Below are positions 60,053-64,000 of a stretch of 64,000 bases of DNA, one piece after another (position 1 is the stretch's first letter; each line of letters begins with the position of its first letter). The translations under genes were made by a program, and so were the position numbers. The notes under the pieces are model-generated. The model worked only from the letters and a program-made list of their open reading frames with translations. It was not told the origin of the DNA and searched no databases. Source of the stretch: Sphyrna mokarran (lineage: Eukaryota); contig JAGIQG010000014.1 of NCBI GenBank assembly GCA_024679065.1, positions 43,896,001-43,960,000 on the forward strand, read 5' to 3'.

Positions 60053-61423
60053 CATCTAACTCCACATCCTCCAGCAACTGTTCCAGATACATGAGACTCG
60101 GGATCAATAGGTGCATGGTCACAGCCATTATTAGTTCACATCTTTCCACCTCACTCCAGTACAGTGGGTTAATGTCACAACCACATAACCATGGGAATGG
60201 ATTTTGCGATCAATAAGTCCATGGTGTCATTCATTATACCCTAACTTGGCAACAGACTTTCTATAGGCCCTTGCACTGGAGCTAGCTGTGATTAGAAGAC
60301 CACTTTTGCACAATGTCTTTCTAGAGACTCTGAGCTCTATGTACACTGGGCAAGCAATTGTGTATCTATTTAAACATTCAGATTGAAGATTGGCTACTTA
60401 ATGGCAAGGCTGAACCAACAGGTGTTAATTAAGAATATTTAATTCAATGCCCAGTCATGTAAGCAAAGTGAAATAAAAAGAGAGGGGGAAAAATGATGGG
60501 ATTAAGAAAGAGTAGTAAGATACAAAAAAAAATTAATCCTTAATTATTTAATTTATTATCTTTGTTTAAGTCCTCAAATCTTAATAATAATAAAAATTTA
60601 AAGAAATTTTGAGTGATGGAGAAGTTTTTGGCGGTAATTAAGTCTTAATTATGCTATTAAAAGTTGTTTTAGTTTGGAATGGGCAAGCCAAAAGTTCTTC
60701 TGGCATATTTAGTGAATATATATTACATGAAAACAACAACTTCATGCCATTCTGTTTATGTGAATGCCTAGTCTCTTGCCAACACACTGGTGTGGCAAAA
60801 CCTAATGGTACAGTACAAGCAATGTGGGTAGCAACCTCCTGATATTTTGCCTTTGTTGTTACCAGATGTTACTGTTTGACTTACACCTTAATAAAAATGA
60901 GTGTTGATAGCTTTATTGTTAATTTTACCATAAAATCAGGACCAACAAATTGTCATATTCCCAGTTCAGAGAAGCACTCAGTGTATAGGAAATGTTGTGT
61001 CAATTGAAATGCTATACTGCTGATACTAATAATATAAAATTTAATACACTATTATTGTCAACTCAAAGAGCAGATAGGACACATGACAATGCAGTCAGAA
61101 GTTATGTTTTGTAATTAGTGGCGTATGACCATCTTTACTGAAGTGTAAATCATTAGCAACTTCCGATAACAAATGCAAAAATCAGGAAGTTGCTGTTTAA
61201 ATTGCTTTTCTCTTCTAGAATTTTTACCACACTGGTGCCTCACCAAGGGTCTTGGCATTCACATATGTGGAATTGCATGAACATGCATTTTTACAACAAC
61301 TATGATTTATTTTGAAGTAAGTTTTCTATTAAAAAATGTCTTCTGCACAATACTTTATTTCAGTACTGCAATATATTATTGATAAAATTTAAAAGGAAGC
61401 TATTCTGAAAACACTGCATTGAA

Positions 61424-62020
61424 ACTGTGTACTGTTCTGGTCACTATTATACTGTGTACAGTTCTGGTCACCCTATTATTCTGCAAACAGTTCTGGTCAC
61501 TCTATTATAGAAAGGATATTATTAAACTAGAAAGAGTACAGAAAAGATTTACTAGAATGCTACCAGAATGTGATGAATTGAGTTATAAGGAGATGCTGGA
61601 TAGACCAGGACTTTTTTCTCTGGAGCATAGAAGGCTGAGGGGTGGTCTTATAGAAGTCTATAAAATAATGAGGGACACAGATCAGCATTTGTCAATATCT
61701 TTTCCCAAAAGTAGGAGAGTTTAAAACTAGAGGGCATAGGTTTAAGGTAAGAGGAGTGAGATACAAAAGTGTCCGGAGGGACAATTTTTTCACACAGAGG
61801 GTGTTGAGTATCTAGAACAAGCTGTCAGAATTAGTACTAGAGATGGGTACAATTTTGTCTTTTAAAAAGCATTTAGACAGTTACATGGGTAAGATGGATA
61901 TAGAAGGATATGGACCAAATGTGGGCAATTGGGATTAGCTTAGGGTTTAAAAAAAAAGCGACATGGACAAATTGGGCCGAAGGGCCTGGTTCCATTTTGT
62001 AAACCTCTATAACTCTATAA
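61424..62020 (+). mobile_element. 5'-truncated CR1-type LINE
   Basis: QFWSLYYRKDIIKLERVQKRFTRMLP..LFSLEHRRLRGGLIEVYKIM, followed by a CR1 3'UTR and a CTCTATAA tandem tail. Confidence 0.92.
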
Positions 62021-63828
62021 ACAGAATGTAGTGCCTAGTGCCCAATATGTAAGCACAAGAATGTATAGTTAGAGTACTAGATATTAGGTGTACATGGGAG
62101 CTTTTTAATTTAAACCACATCCTCAGTAAGACAGAGATTTCATGAAGCTGTTTAATGAAAATTCAAGTAGTGTGAACTTAACAAATGAAAAGACATTATG
62201 ATCCTAATTGCTTTATCACAAACTTTAAAAATTGGTCTAAAAACTGAGTGCAGGAAATAGTCAGTAGGTTTGGCAACATTCATTGAAAGAGAAATATTTA
62301 AAGTTCCATTAACTCCGTTTCTGTCTCCACAGATGAGACATGTTGACTACTTCCAATGCTTTCTGATTTCATTTCAGATTTCCAACATCAACAGTATTTT
62401 GTTTTAAAAATTGGACTTTAATGATCTTTTAAACAACTATAAAAGAAGTATTTGACAAGGCAACGTGACATTGTCATGTTTACACTGCATCTTTTAATTC
62501 AGTCCATTTACCTTGGCAAAGTGTATTTCCAATATTTATCATGTCCATATAAACAAAGTATGTTAACATATCAGGTCGATGATCCTTCATCAGAACTGAT
62601 GGACATGATTTTCCATGCCGTCCCCTCCCCCCATCATGTGTTTCGCAATGGCGGAGGTATTCCACCATTGGCTAGTGATGGCATCTTGTGATCCAACTGC
62701 ATCAATGGGATTTCCTGATATTTGCACCACCCCTGCCCCCTCACCATAGCAGGGGTATAGATTAGCATCGGCAGGACTACAAGTTCCCGTTAGCGGAAAT
62801 GGGAAAGTCTGGCCAATTATTTCAATGAAGAGTCATTTATTTGAAATATTAACCCTATTTCTCTCTCTACAAATGCTGCCTGAGCTGCTGAGTATTTTTT
62901 ACATTTGTTGTTCTTATCTCAGATTTCCGATATCGGCAGTAGTTTACTTTTGTTTTGACATCAGAGGCTGGATTTTCCACACTCCCCATGGGGTATGTTT
63001 GTAGTGGTAATCAGTGGCTGAACTTCCCTGCCCTTGTTGCTGTCTCAACTTTTGCCAACCTCACCACCAACTCATGACATCTCATCTCTTCTGTTTTTCC
63101 CTCCTTCAAGGTAACTGCAATAATCGACCCACTTCCAATTTCTGAGACTATCGCGGGGGTGTATTTTTAGCCTCCCCTTAACCCTTTGCTATCTCCTGTC
63201 CCTACCACTAGCAGCCCATGGAGATCTTTGGGCTGGATTTTATAGTTTCTACCAGGCATAAATTCAGCTGGGGACAAAAGGAGGGCATGAAAACATGACA
63301 GCTGTCCACCAACAAACTGCCCCCTACACAATAGGTAGATGGGCCTTTTTTTTCATTAAATAATTAAGGATCATTTGAACTTGTTAACAAGCCAACTGAC
63401 CTGGATAACATGTTAATGTGCTTACAGTTTGAATTTAAAATTTGCATCTTGTAAAATTACACGTAGCACATCAGATGTACAAGTTTCATGTATCGTTTCA
63501 AATATTTTACAAGTTCAACAGTATCCCAATGCAATGTACTTTTTATACAGTATATTTACAAGCACTCATCAATGTAGATGATTTACTCCACTGTTTCCAT
63601 TTATTACTTGGACACAAATGTCCATCAAATACTTATTTTCAAGTGTCCATTTTTAAAGAAATAGATGATTAATGCTGATAATGCAGACCACTTTTTAGGT
63701 ACACGATTAAAAGGCAGGAAGAAAGATGAGTATTATTTAGGGGGAGTGCTATGTGCTCTTCAGAAACACCTTCTCCCCAAATTTTAGCCTTCCTTTGTTC
63801 ACACCCACTACATTCTGAAAGTAGCCTA

Positions 63829-63856
63829 CCCCCCCCCCCCCCCCCCCCCCCCCCCC
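63829..63856. repeat. Poly-C run (28 nt)
   Basis: Direct count. Confidence 0.95.
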
Positions 63857-64000
63857 AACCATTCAAACCCTTTTGCACCCCTCCCATCCAAAAAGGCGGA
63901 CATATCTGGTTTGGGTGTGTATCTTCTTTGAGCTGAGCACTGCTGATCTCAAGAACTGGTGGCAGTACTGGAGCTGCCTGCCTAATCAGATCAATTGGCC

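Noticed and set aside
63829-63856. Poly-proline or poly-glycine ORFs and a G-quadruplex
   Set aside because: It is a simple homopolymer within repeat-like DNA, and its length is prone to sequencing error.

Overview
This is AT-rich vertebrate genomic DNA, very likely from a shark or other elasmobranch, judged from HE1-like and SacSINE-like SINEs and HER1/CR1-type LINE tails. Two protein-coding genes are supported, both on the minus strand. (1) DNAJC18 has 8 coding exons from 52882 down to 28034. All introns are GT-AG with matching phases, and the CDS is 1155 nt (384 aa: J-domain, transmembrane helix, DUF1977-type luminal domain). Its CpG-island promoter carries a 10x19-bp minisatellite. (2) A 5.7-kb single coding exon (6911-12619, 1902 aa) belongs to the PROB1/C4orf54/C10orf71 (DUF4585) family and is most likely the PROB1 orthologue by synteny. 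The rest is mostly decayed mobile DNA: CR1 and L2-like LINEs, SINEs, Harbinger-type MITEs and a transposon relic, Penelope-type palindromes and a possible Gypsy gag relic. I see no clear-cut new multi-gene system. The best leads are an internal ~33-aa x12 repeat with 3-unit periodicity in the PROB1-like protein, the promoter minisatellite that alternates YY1/SOX/Sp1-like motifs ahead of a divergent candidate exon, a frame-preserving 60-nt candidate cassette exon in DNAJC18, and palindromic elements with decayed hammerhead-ribozyme cores. Repeat boundaries are approximate. Family names come from recognition, not from database searches.
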